Source: Paraspadella gotoi
Taxonomy: Eukaryota; Animalia; Chaetognatha
Length of the DNA stretch: 64,000 nucleotides
Direction: 5' to 3'
Assembly: GCA_051294375.1 (NCBI GenBank)
Contig: CM119271.1
Span: 1,544,721 to 1,608,720, forward strand
In this document: positions 45,326 to 56,500 of the stretch, in pieces
Layout of the letters: every line of letters starts with the position of its first letter
Numbering within the stretch: position 1 is the first letter of the stretch
The notes under the pieces: generated by a model
Databases searched by the model: none
The model's input: the letters and a program-made list of their open reading frames with translations, nothing else
Told to the model about the DNA's origin: nothing
Program-made: the position numbers and the translations under genes

Positions 45326-46381
45326 GTACTGTATTTTGGGACACGATTCCGTCTTTTATTCTCTAATAGTTAATATTTCCTAAAGGCGGCGCTAGCAAAA
45401 TCCCTAGATTTGAGGTTTTTTCCTGTTTTTTTTTTTTTCCTTTTTAACAAATTGAGGCAACCAACTATATGATATTATTGCAAGTTTATAAGCATTTTTA
45501 ATTTTTAGGTGGAACCAAACCAACGGACAAAATTACCGACCGGACAGGGCACCGAGACGGCTCAGAAAGTTATTGTCATCATTTAATCATTTCATGTCAC
45601 GGCATATCAAGTCATGTCACGTCATGTCATGTTATGTTATGAGAAGGTAGTCCCTGCGGCGCAACACATTTGAATTACTGTTCTTGTTTTATGTATGAAA
45701 TGAAATTGTGTACCAATTGACTAATAATTAATTGTTTATTCATTCAATAGTTATCTTATAAGCTATCTTGCCCCTTACTTTGGACAGGCTATGGCCGCTA
45801 TGGTATATTATTATAATTTTGTTTAAGTTTTGAAAACACAAAATTAAAAAAAAAAGTTTGAGCCAACACTGCAGGATCTGTCCACGATCATTAGCGGTAA
45901 GCAGCTGATCAGATAATTAATTAATTAATTAATATTAATTAATATTAATTATTCGCGTCAAAATCGTTTTCCAATTTGTCTCGCCTCTCAATCACAAAAC
46001 AATCTCGATCACAAAATTATTAAATTAATTTATAACGAAATAATTAGGAATTAATTAATTACTAATTTATTAATAATTAATAAGTTGCCAACAAAGAATT
46101 GAGGGAAAGGATCGTGGTCAGCGGAGAGGACTGGTTCGGTTGAAAGTAGATTCCATATTCTGAGATGATCTAAGTGAATTTTGAGTTGGGACCGACGGAC
46201 CGAAAAAGTGGATTAAGATGAGCCGGCAACAAAATTTCATTCAACTCCCGCAAATATCGTAAACGCCATAAGCTCGCACAAGCATTAAAAATTTTATAAA
46301 GCACTTATTACACGCATCTGGACATTGGACAATGGACATTGGAAAAACACTTATTTAATAATATTTAATATAATTATACAG

Positions 46382-49300
46382 ATTAAACCCAAGATACCAA
46401 CGCCTATTCTGCATCACCATCATCTTCGCTTGTCTCATCCTCTTTTTACTAACGAGACGCATTCGTTGGCCGTCGACGCCCTCCTCCTCCTCCTCCTCCT
46501 CCTCCTCCTCTTTGTCCTCCTGCAAGATCCCTGCAACGGATCATTTCGCGCCGGAATTGCTTCGCTACTTCCGGCCGCTCCCTCGAGTCGTTTGCGGCGC
46601 CGAGGATTGGGTCTACGTCTTCGGCGGGCGACTCTGGTTTCGCGCGGCTCTTGCGGAACGCCATCCCGACTTTCGATGCCGGTTGAGAAAGATTCGGCGG
46701 ATGAACGATTTCAGAGTCAAGTTGGGACCGGAAGTGGATTTTGAGAACGGGACCCGGATGTCGGCCGACAGCGTTTTCGTCGCTTGTGAGGACAAGAAGG
46801 AAAAAACTTTCAAGGTTTTTTTTTTTTTTGGAGGGGGAACGGAGTTTGAGAGAGAAGTAGACTAGTACTTGACTTAAAGGCAACGAAATGGGAAAAACGA
46901 TTATCAATTAATTCAATAAATAGCAGCAGGCGACAAGATAATGCCATAGCGGGACACTATCAATATAATAGGTCACATTAGACCTAAATTACTCATTGCC
47001 CATCTTTTTTTTCCCTTCGATTTCTCTCTCGCCTTCCGCATTCTCTCTCTCTTCTCTCTCCAGTCTTCCTCTCTCTCTCTCTCTGCGTCTCTCACTCTCG
47101 TCTGTACCTGCTCTCTCAATCATCTCCTCTCTCTCTATCCATCTCTCTCTCTCTCTCTCTAATTTTTATAAAAACATTGAAAACCACGACCCAGCACTAA
47201 AATTTGTTTCACGTTACCCAGATCGATCTTCGCGTCGATTTCTTTTGAAAATACCCGATAACTTCACCGCTCCTGAGTCAAAAAACTCGTTTCCCCACCG
47301 GCCCGACTCTACCCGGCCCCCGCCGGGCTACTCGCGATCGCCCTCAACCGTCACGGACCCCCGGGGCACTTACCCGTCCACCCACATTATCATCCCGGCG
47401 AAAAGCTCTATGTCTCGCGGCGCATGGTTTCGCACTTACCCAAAACGGTACAATTCCTGAGCGGAATTTGAAGGGATAGTGCGTCAGTAAGTTACAGCTT
47501 CTCAAGCTAATTTGCAATTATTTACTTTAGTAATAGATTGAATAAAAGCTTCAATTTTGAAAGTGAATGTATATGATACTACTTACTAAGGCGTAGTGAA
47601 TTTGCAAGATCAAAAATTCGAATAGTTGATCATGAAAGCAGTCTTGGACTAAAGCACATTTGATGTAAAAATGTGTTTTTTTTTTAAAGTTTCTCAATTT
47701 TCGCGTACCCCCATATTTATACATAGTACTCACTATAGAAAATGTCACCAAAATTAAAAATTATTTTTTTCTTAGTTTTGAAAAGCGGATTCGAATTCCT
47801 CATAAAAAGTTGATAAAAAGTTCCTTAATCAAAAATTCTTTTTATTAAGTTAGCCAAAATTCAAAAAAACTATATTTTTAATACCTAAAATTTTAAATTA
47901 ACAGGTTTAACTTATAATAGTTTTCAGAATTTGACGCCACTTAATGAAATAATTTTCTAAAAACAGTTTATATTCTGGCGGTATATTCACACCGCCTCAC
48001 ATCCAGCTCGTTCAACCAATCCAATTGGCTCAGAGGGGAAACACACTAATCCAAGATTTCCTCCACACTTGTGGATGGAACGCAAAATCTTGGGATGGTG
48101 TGGATTCCACAGTCCAAATGACTTCCCTCTGCGTTGGCTAAAAGCAAGACTGTCCTAGGGTATCCGCCCCAGTTGATGACGAGTCAGCCAGGTCAAAAGC
48201 CCCCAAAAGCCAACAGTGAATGTCCCCATCAAAGGCAACTCCGGCAACACTCAAGTGTCGGGGGGGGCTAATCCACACATCACAGAGAGGCATGGACCCT
48301 GCTCCATCCTCTCGATCACTTCAATATTATATATACTTTTCAAAATTTTTAGTTGATTTTCGGTCATTTTAATATGAAATTTCAAAAATTGTGAGAAAAT
48401 TAATGCCGAAAAAAGTTCATGCGTCATGAATTTTTCTTATTGGATTCATGGTAATCAATTTAAATTAGTTAACAACTCTCCTCTGATTATTTAATTAGTG
48501 AAAAATTAATTAATACTAATTAAAGTAACTAACAAACTCATCTTAATAAACTAATTAGTTAATTATTAGGTGAGAGTTTGTTTATTAATAATTTAATTAG
48601 TATTAAAAATTAGTTAATAAAACTCTCCTTGAAAGTTAATTAATTAATCTTTAATTCAAATAACTCTCATTTTCAAGGATACAACATCGTTGGGGGATGG
48701 TACTCCTGCCGGCTTTGCTTTCCTGGCTTACGGTAAGTCGGGCGTTTATTGTAATAAAGGGAAGGTTAGGAAAGCCCCCTTTGAGTCCCTGTTACTCTGA
48801 ATCGACCCAAATTGTATACCGCGAAAAATGCTGTAAAGTCCCCGAAAATTGCACAGAGAGGAGTCGAGCAATTATTAATAGAGAGCAATACTTAAATATT
48901 ATTATCCTTATTAATAAGTGTTCCTATGTTATAAAACCGAAATCTAAATTAAATGAGCCTATAATCTAAACTACTACAATATGCAATGAGATTGAAGAAC
49001 TCATCTCAGTTACTCTATTAATGTACATCGTACAATGTACATTATTGTACAATGTACATTATTGCGGAATTAATAAACAAAGCGAAAGCTTTCATTTTTT
49101 CGAGAAGAGATATTCGCCGCGATATTCTGCCCGTCCATTTTCAGGCAGCACCGAATACGAGTTCCAGAAGGCTCGTCGGGAGTAAGCCCCGCGCCAAAAA
49201 AAAGTGGTCGACGGCATCCTGGGATCTGGAGGAGCTTCGCGAGAGGGGCTACACTGACCTCCTTCGTGAAGACGCCCCCGACATGGACCTTTCATTTGAG

Positions 49301-52300
49301 GAATGAATCGGATTTAGACATCAGCGCGACGGATGTCTATGGAGGAATCATTATCTGGCAGAAGGTTCGGGTGATATTATATAAATTATGATAAGTCTCT
49401 CTGGTCACTGGTCAGTGGGTCCAGTGGTCCTGGTCACTGGTCACTGGCATCCTAGTTATTTACGACGCTATCATTAGAGACAACCTCAATTATTTCCCAT
49501 GCGCCAGAAAGTGGAAAGATTTGGTAGACACAATACACAAAGTGCGACGGCGAGATGCATCGTTACAAAGCCGGGATTCCCAACTTAGCTCGGGAACAAA
49601 TTTTCGCCATTGCTGCACCACAAATTCCAAGTTTGCCTTTTTTTCCAAAGTGAGATCAGTTTAACATATAATATATATATATATATAACATTCGATAATA
49701 TATTTAAATATAAAAATTATTTTTTGTGTTTTTTTTTTTTTTTAAGATCTTGGTTTTTTCGCGAAATGCTCGTCGGTAAATTGAGAAAAAAAAAAAATTT
49801 GAAAAAATTTGAAAAAAATTAAAAGGTTTCAATGGCAATTTCATGTCATCCATTTTGTTTCGGAGGTTTGTTTCATACGTTTCAGTCCTAAAGGTCCAAG
49901 TCCAAAGTCCAAGGTTCATGTCTACGGTCAGAATAAAATACAATTATGCTTAGTGGAGTTAACATGAATGTTTACATTATTGTAACAATTTTCATAAATT
50001 TAACTTGTGAGGCGAGTTCACTCAACGAACACAATAACGAAGCGACGACGATGGACGACGAATATCTTCGAGTTTCTCGTCGACGCCCCGCGACGAGGGT
50101 CATCTCGACAACACCGTCCTCATCCTCATCGTCGATTCACGGCGCCAGATTCGCCTCTACAGTCTGGCGATTACTACATTGACCAGGATGACCACATGAC
50201 AAAGATCTAATATAGAGAACAGATCAATCAAAAGCCCGATCTCAAATCGATGGAAATCGTGTTCAAATCAGAAGCCTCGGGAAATCGCAAGCTCGAGGAG
50301 CGGAAGCTCTTCTCACTTCGGGCTTTAGTTTCCTACCTGGTTCCGACAGCAGCACCGCAGAAGCTGCGCAACTTCGCCGTCACGGGAGCAGAGTTTGTGT
50401 GACGCCCCGTTCGACGGGTCCACGGCGACCTGCTGCAATTTTGCTGGATCTGCGGCGGAGAAGCTGGAAAAGACCTCATTCCTAAAAGGGGCGGGTGAGA
50501 GAAGAATGCGGGCGTGGATGTCAGTGGTTGTTTCTTGTTGATGTTTTGGTTGTTGAAGGCTGACTGTTTTGTTCAAGTTGTTGCAGTAATAAAAGTAATA
50601 AGTTATGTAGGGGTAAACATAATAAATATGTATGGCAAATACATGTAATGGACATACGTTCAAATGTACAAGACCGGTGCAAGACAACTACAATGAGAGA
50701 GGCAACCGGTTAAGTAGAAGAGAGAAGAAAATTATAATATACTATAATATATATATACTTATATATATTCAGAGAGCCAGCTTTCTTTGCTGACCACTAA
50801 AACACAGTTGGCCATCTGCCACTGACCAATTCGCGATTAACCCATGGTGGCCAAACCTTCCGCGCCCGCAAATAGATAGAGGAAAAAGCGTGTCATTTTT
50901 AAGTATTGTCTTCTCCCTTCCAATGGACGGGTTTTAACTTTAGCTTTAGTACTAACTGGCATAGATTAGCAGGCGAAATAGCAAGAGATTCGAAGATTCA
51001 GCAAGAGATTAGCAGGCGATGCATTAAAGAGAATTAAGTCCGTGTGTAAATATATAATATCATATAACTCAACAAGGTTGTATTTAATTACACTGTCACG
51101 CTAGACAACCTAGGTAGGCAAAGTAGAGCAAGTTATTACTCACCAGTATGCTCCGTTGAGATGGTACAGACTCAGGCTTAATGGCCGAAAGAAACTTGTG
51201 TGGCCTGCTTCGAAAACCGTGCAGGCCGGACAAACCTACTAAGGTTTGCGACAAAATCGAGTCCATTTACTAGTGTTTTGTAGACTCAACTTTCACAATA
51301 AACCATATCCGTCAATAAAAACGGGCCATTTGTTTTTTCTTTCTAACCCGATCGTCCACACACCCTCAAGCCAACACGCGCCTTGTATTCCCTCTTCCCA
51401 AATCATCGCGACCGAAACGGCTGGTGACGCGGATGTGGACGACCGCATTGGTGGCGCCTGTCTTCAGTGGCGCTCTTTAACGACGAACGACCTGCGATTT
51501 GTGGGCCGACATCTGGCGAACGCGCGGTCGAATTTTCTAACTCCCTCACCGAGGAGCGTAGCGAAGAACTCGCGTGGAGGTGGACGAGCACGAAGTCACC
51601 TTCGCTCGCCGAATCCTAAACGACGGACGAGGTTGAGAACGATTAAAAGCAAGTAATTTTGTAATTTAAATAAAAAGATGAATTTAAATAAATCAAATGA
51701 AAAAATATTTTTAAAGGACAAAAAAAGAAATTAAATTAGTAAGGCAGAGAGATCCCGGCGGGGGGTCGGGCCTGCTTCAGGGTCATCGTCTCGCGTCTTT
51801 TTTATAAATTTTTTAAATCTTCTTTTTTCTTTATATTTAAAATTTCTTTTTCCATAATGTTATATTTGTTAATTTTGTCGTTTGCTTCTGTCAGTTGTCA
51901 GTGACGAAAAAAAGCGTAAAAACCAAAATGTTGGGATCAAATTAATTAATTATTTTACTAATTATTTGTGATTTAAATTTGAGTTAATTAATTAAGTCGC
52001 TTAAATGTCGTGGCAGCATCCGGCACTCTCGTTTTGCTCAAACTTGTTTTAAGTATTTATTTTATTTCATTGTATGTGTTTTTATTTTTTACTCAAACGT
52101 TTTGTGGATATAAACAGTTAAATTTATTATTAAAAGGTCAAAAAAGCTGGTTCGTTCCCAGAACCTGACTGCCGACACAAACAGTACCATCGCTCTTTAT
52201 CAGTTAAATAAAATAAATTAATAATTTCCAGTTTTCCTTACAGTATGGCTGGCAATAAAACCCACCACCGTCATCACAGCGGCCATTGTGCCAGGAGCTA

Positions 52301-53178
52301 AAGTCATTTCGCCTCCAACCAAAGGTCGGGGTTCTAGCCCCCGGTGGTCGTCTGGCAGTGTTTAGAGGGACGGGGCGCTTAACCACGCCTTGTAACATGA
52401 TGTTTGACAGCCGATCCGAAGCTCAGGGACTGCTTATATTGACGGTTCTAATCACTAATCATAACAATAATTACTCGTCTTCTCAAATTGGTGAGCAAAG
52501 ACTTCCGAACCAACAACAGCAACAACAACACTTTCCAGGCGACATGCTCAACACTGGCGATGCACTTTCCGCCCAAACAACACATCAGGCGACATGCCTC
52601 AACCTTGGTGATGCACTTTTCCAACAACAACAATCTCACTGAAGAGCACGCAACAGACAGTACTTCCTACGAGGCAGGGGGGATGTATATGGTGGAATAA
52701 AACCCACCAACCGTTCATACAGCGGCCATTGGTCCGGAGCAAGTCCATTCCGCCTCCCCAAAACCCAAAGGTCCGGGGTTCTAGCCGGTGGTCGTCTGGA
52801 GTTAGAAGGGTCAACGGGGCGCTTAAACCCGCCTTAACATGATGTTAACAGCCTGATCCGAAGGCTCAGGGACTGCTTAATATTGAACGGTTCTACTCAC
52901 TAACTCATAACAATAATTACTGTCTCTTCAACCAAGCTTTCGCAACAACGACATGCATTAAATTTTGTTTTTCAGATAAGATTGCTTGTCTCTCCGTCGG
53001 ACGGCGCTTAACGCGACGAAGCGGTTTTGAAATGAGCATCGAATCGTTTGGAGGAAAAATGGAAGTATTCCAGAAAGGATCGACGAGTCGCTTGAACCGA
53101 ATTACGGACGTCAGTCCCGATTGCATCGCCAAAGAAGTTTCCGCATTGAGAAAGTTTTGTTATTGCAAGAAGAGATAG
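46382..53178 (+). CDS. DUF229-family (alkaline phosphatase/sulfatase superfamily) type II membrane protein, copy A; clean first large exon, downstream exons full of indels
   Basis: Anchor RLFCITIIFACLILFLL, then SCKIPATDHFAPEL...CGAEDW. Later exons match copy B but carry many single-base indels. The start codon is unresolved (candidate ATG at 46218). Confidence 0.7.
52244..52930 (+). mobile_element. Miniature non-autonomous LTR retrotransposon (TRIM-like) with tRNA-like LTRs
   Basis: Direct repeats at 52244-52485 and 52684-52930 (the second is TG...CA). TGGTGAGC (PBS-like) lies at 52489, and the polypurine tract GAGGCAGGGGGGA (52671-52683) abuts the 3' LTR. The ~200-bp interior has no recognisable retroelement coding sequence. 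Confidence 0.7.
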
Positions 53179-53506
53179 AGGCGCCATGGCGCCGCAACGA
53201 GTTATATATATAGTAATTAACCATATTGATCATATGCAATAGGCGTTTGAAATTGTGAAAGAAATTTAGACTGAAAAATTACACATCGAAATTGTTACAT
53301 TTATTTTTTTATTTGTTTTGCCATGTATTAATATCATGTTATTTAAACATATGATTATTTTTTTTAATTTCAAAAGGAAATACAAGAATTTTAAGTATTA
53401 CAATAAAGAAAAGTCCTGAATAAGAGATTTAACCTAAAATTTGTTTTTAAACAACAATTTGTTTTTACTATTTTTACATTANNNNNNNNNNNNNNNNNNN
53501 NNNNNN

Positions 53507-56500
53507 CGGGCTACTCGGCGATCGCCTCACCGTCACAGACCCCGGGGGCACTTACCCGTCCACCCCACATTCTCATCCTGGGCGAAGACTCTATGTCTCG
53601 CGGCGCATGGTTTCGTCACTTACCAAAAACGGTAGAATTCTTCGAGCGGAATTTGAAGGGGATAGTGCTCAAGGTAAGTTAAGCTTCTCAAGCTAATTTT
53701 CCCATTATTTTACTTTAGTATAGATCGAATAAAAAGCTTCAGTTTGTAGTGATGTAATATGACTACTAACTTACTAAGGCGTAGTGAAAGTTGCAGATCA
53801 AAATTCGAATAGTTGATCATGAACAGTCTTGGACTAAAGAACATTGATGTATAAAATGTGTTTTTTTAAAAATTTCTCAATTTTCGCGTACGCCCATATT
53901 TATACATACTTACATAGTACTCACTATAGAAAATGTCAAAAGTTAAAAATTATTTTTTCTTAGTTTTAAAAGCGGTTTCAAATTCCTCATAAAAAGTTTA
54001 TAAAAGAAAATATAAGTCTTAATCATTATGTATATACTCTCTTTTCGTTGTTTTTGAGGTATTAGGAGAAAAACAGTTTTTGTTTAACAACGATTTATTT
54101 GACACAGTTTAGTCAGACATGTTTCGGCTCTTTCACTTAGAGCCTTCATCAGTGTTTGAAGGCTCTAAGTGAAATAGCCGAAACATGTCTGACTAAACTG
54201 TGTCAAATAAATCGTTGTTAAACAAAAAACTATATTTTTTATACTAAAATTTAATTATCGGTTAATTATAATAGTTTTTTAGAATTTTGACCCACTTAAT
54301 GAAATAATTTTCTAAAAACAGTTATATTGTGGCGGTATATTCACACCGCCTCACATCCAGCATCGTTCAACCGATCCCATTGGCTCAGAGGGGGAACACA
54401 CACTATATATTTTCAAATTTAGTTGATTGTCGTCCTTTTTATAAGAAAAAGTTCATGCGTCATGAAGTAGATTTTCTTATTGATTCATGTTAATCAATTT
54501 AAATTANNNNNNNNNNTAAAATGTGTTTTTTTTTTAAATTTCTCAATTTTCGCGTACCCCCATATTTATACATAGTACTCACTATAGAAAATGTCAAAAT
54601 TTAAAAATTATTTTTTCTTAGTTTTGAAAGCGGATTCGAATTCCTCATAAAAAGTTGATAAAAGTCTTAATCAAAATTCTTTTTTATTAAGTTAGCCAAA
54701 AATTTAAAAAAACTATATTTTTTATACTAAAATTTAATTATCGGTTAATTATAATAGTTTTTTAGAATTTGACCCACTTAATGAAATAATTTTCTTAAAA
54801 CAGTTATATTCTGGCGGTATATTCACACCGCCTCACATCCAGCATCGTTCAACCAATCCCATTGGCTCAGAGGGGGAACACACCATCCCAAGATTTCCAT
54901 CCACACTGTGGATGGAACGCAAATCTTGGGATGGTGTGGATTCCACAGTCCAAATGACTTCCCTCTGCGTTGGCAAAGCAAGACTGTCCTAGGGTATCCG
55001 CCCCAGTGACTGGAGATGTCAGCCAGGGTCAAAAGCCCCCAAAGCCAACAGTGAAATGTCCCATCAAAGGCAACCCGGCACACTCAGTGTCGGGGCTATC
55101 CACACTCACAGAGAGGCATGGCAACCCTCTCTCCTCTCGATCACTTCATATTATATATATTTTCAAATTTAGTTGATTGTCGTCATTTTTATATGAAAAT
55201 TTCAAAATTGTGAGAAATTATGCCGAAAAAGTTCATGCGTCATGATTTTCTTATTGATTCATGGTAATCAATTTAAATTAGTTAACAAACTCTCTCCTGA
55301 TTATTTAATTAGTGAATTAATTAATTAACTAATTAAGTAACTAACAAACTCATCTTATTAACTAATTAGTTAATTAATTAGGTGAGAGTTTGTTTATTAA
55401 TAATTTAATTAGTCATTAAATTAGTTAATAAACTCTCCTTGAAAGTTAATTAATTAATCTTTATTCAATAAACTCTCATTTTCAGGGATACAACATCGTT
55501 GGGGATGGTACTCCTGCGGCTTTGCTTCCACTGCTTACAGGTAAGTCGGGCGTTTATTGTAAATAAAGGAGGTTAGGAGCCCCCTTTGAGTCCCTGTACT
55601 CTGATCGACCCAAAATTGTATACCGCGAAAAATGCTGTAAAGTCCCCGAAAAATTGCACAGTAGAGGAGTCGAGCATTATTATAGAGAGCTATACTTAAA
55701 TATTATTAATCCTTATTAAAAGTGTTCCTATGTTATAAAACCGAATCTAAATTAATGAGCTATAATCTAAACTACTACAATATGCAAATGAGATTGAAGA
55801 ACTCATCTCAGTTACTCTATTATGTACATCGTACAATGTACATTATTGTACATTCTACATTATTGCGAATTAATAAACAAAGCAGAAAGCTTTCATTTTT
55901 TCGAGCAGAGATATTCGCGGGCGATATTCTCGTCGTCATTTTCAGGGCACACCGAATACGAGCTTCCAGAGGCTCGTCGGGGTAAGCCCCGCGCCAAAGT
56001 GGTCGACGGGCATCCCTGGATCTGGAGGAGCTTCGCGGAGAGGGGCTACATGACCTCCTTCGTGGAAGACGCCCCCGACATGGGGACCTTTCATTTGAGG
56101 ATGATCGGATTTAGAAATCAGCCGACGGATGTCTATGGGAGGAATCATTATCTGGCCAGAGGTTCGGAATTTAGACGCGGGTGATATTATTATAAATTAT
56201 GATAAGTCTCCTGGTCAGTGGTCACTGGTCACTGGTCACTGGCATCCCTAGTTATACGACCGCTCATTAGAGACAACCTTCAATTATTTCCCATGCGCAG
56301 ATAAGTGGAAAGATTTGGTAGACAGCAATAACACAAAGTGCGACGGCGAGATGCATCGTTACAAAGCCGGGATGCTCAACTTAGCTCGGGAACATTTTCG
56401 CATTCTGCCACAAATTCCCAAGTTTGCCTTTTTTTTCCAAAGTGAGATCAGTTTAAACATATATATATTTATACAACTTCGATAATATATTTAAATATAA

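Noticed and set aside
44388-45383. Long ORFs made of X
   Set aside because: They are assembly gaps.
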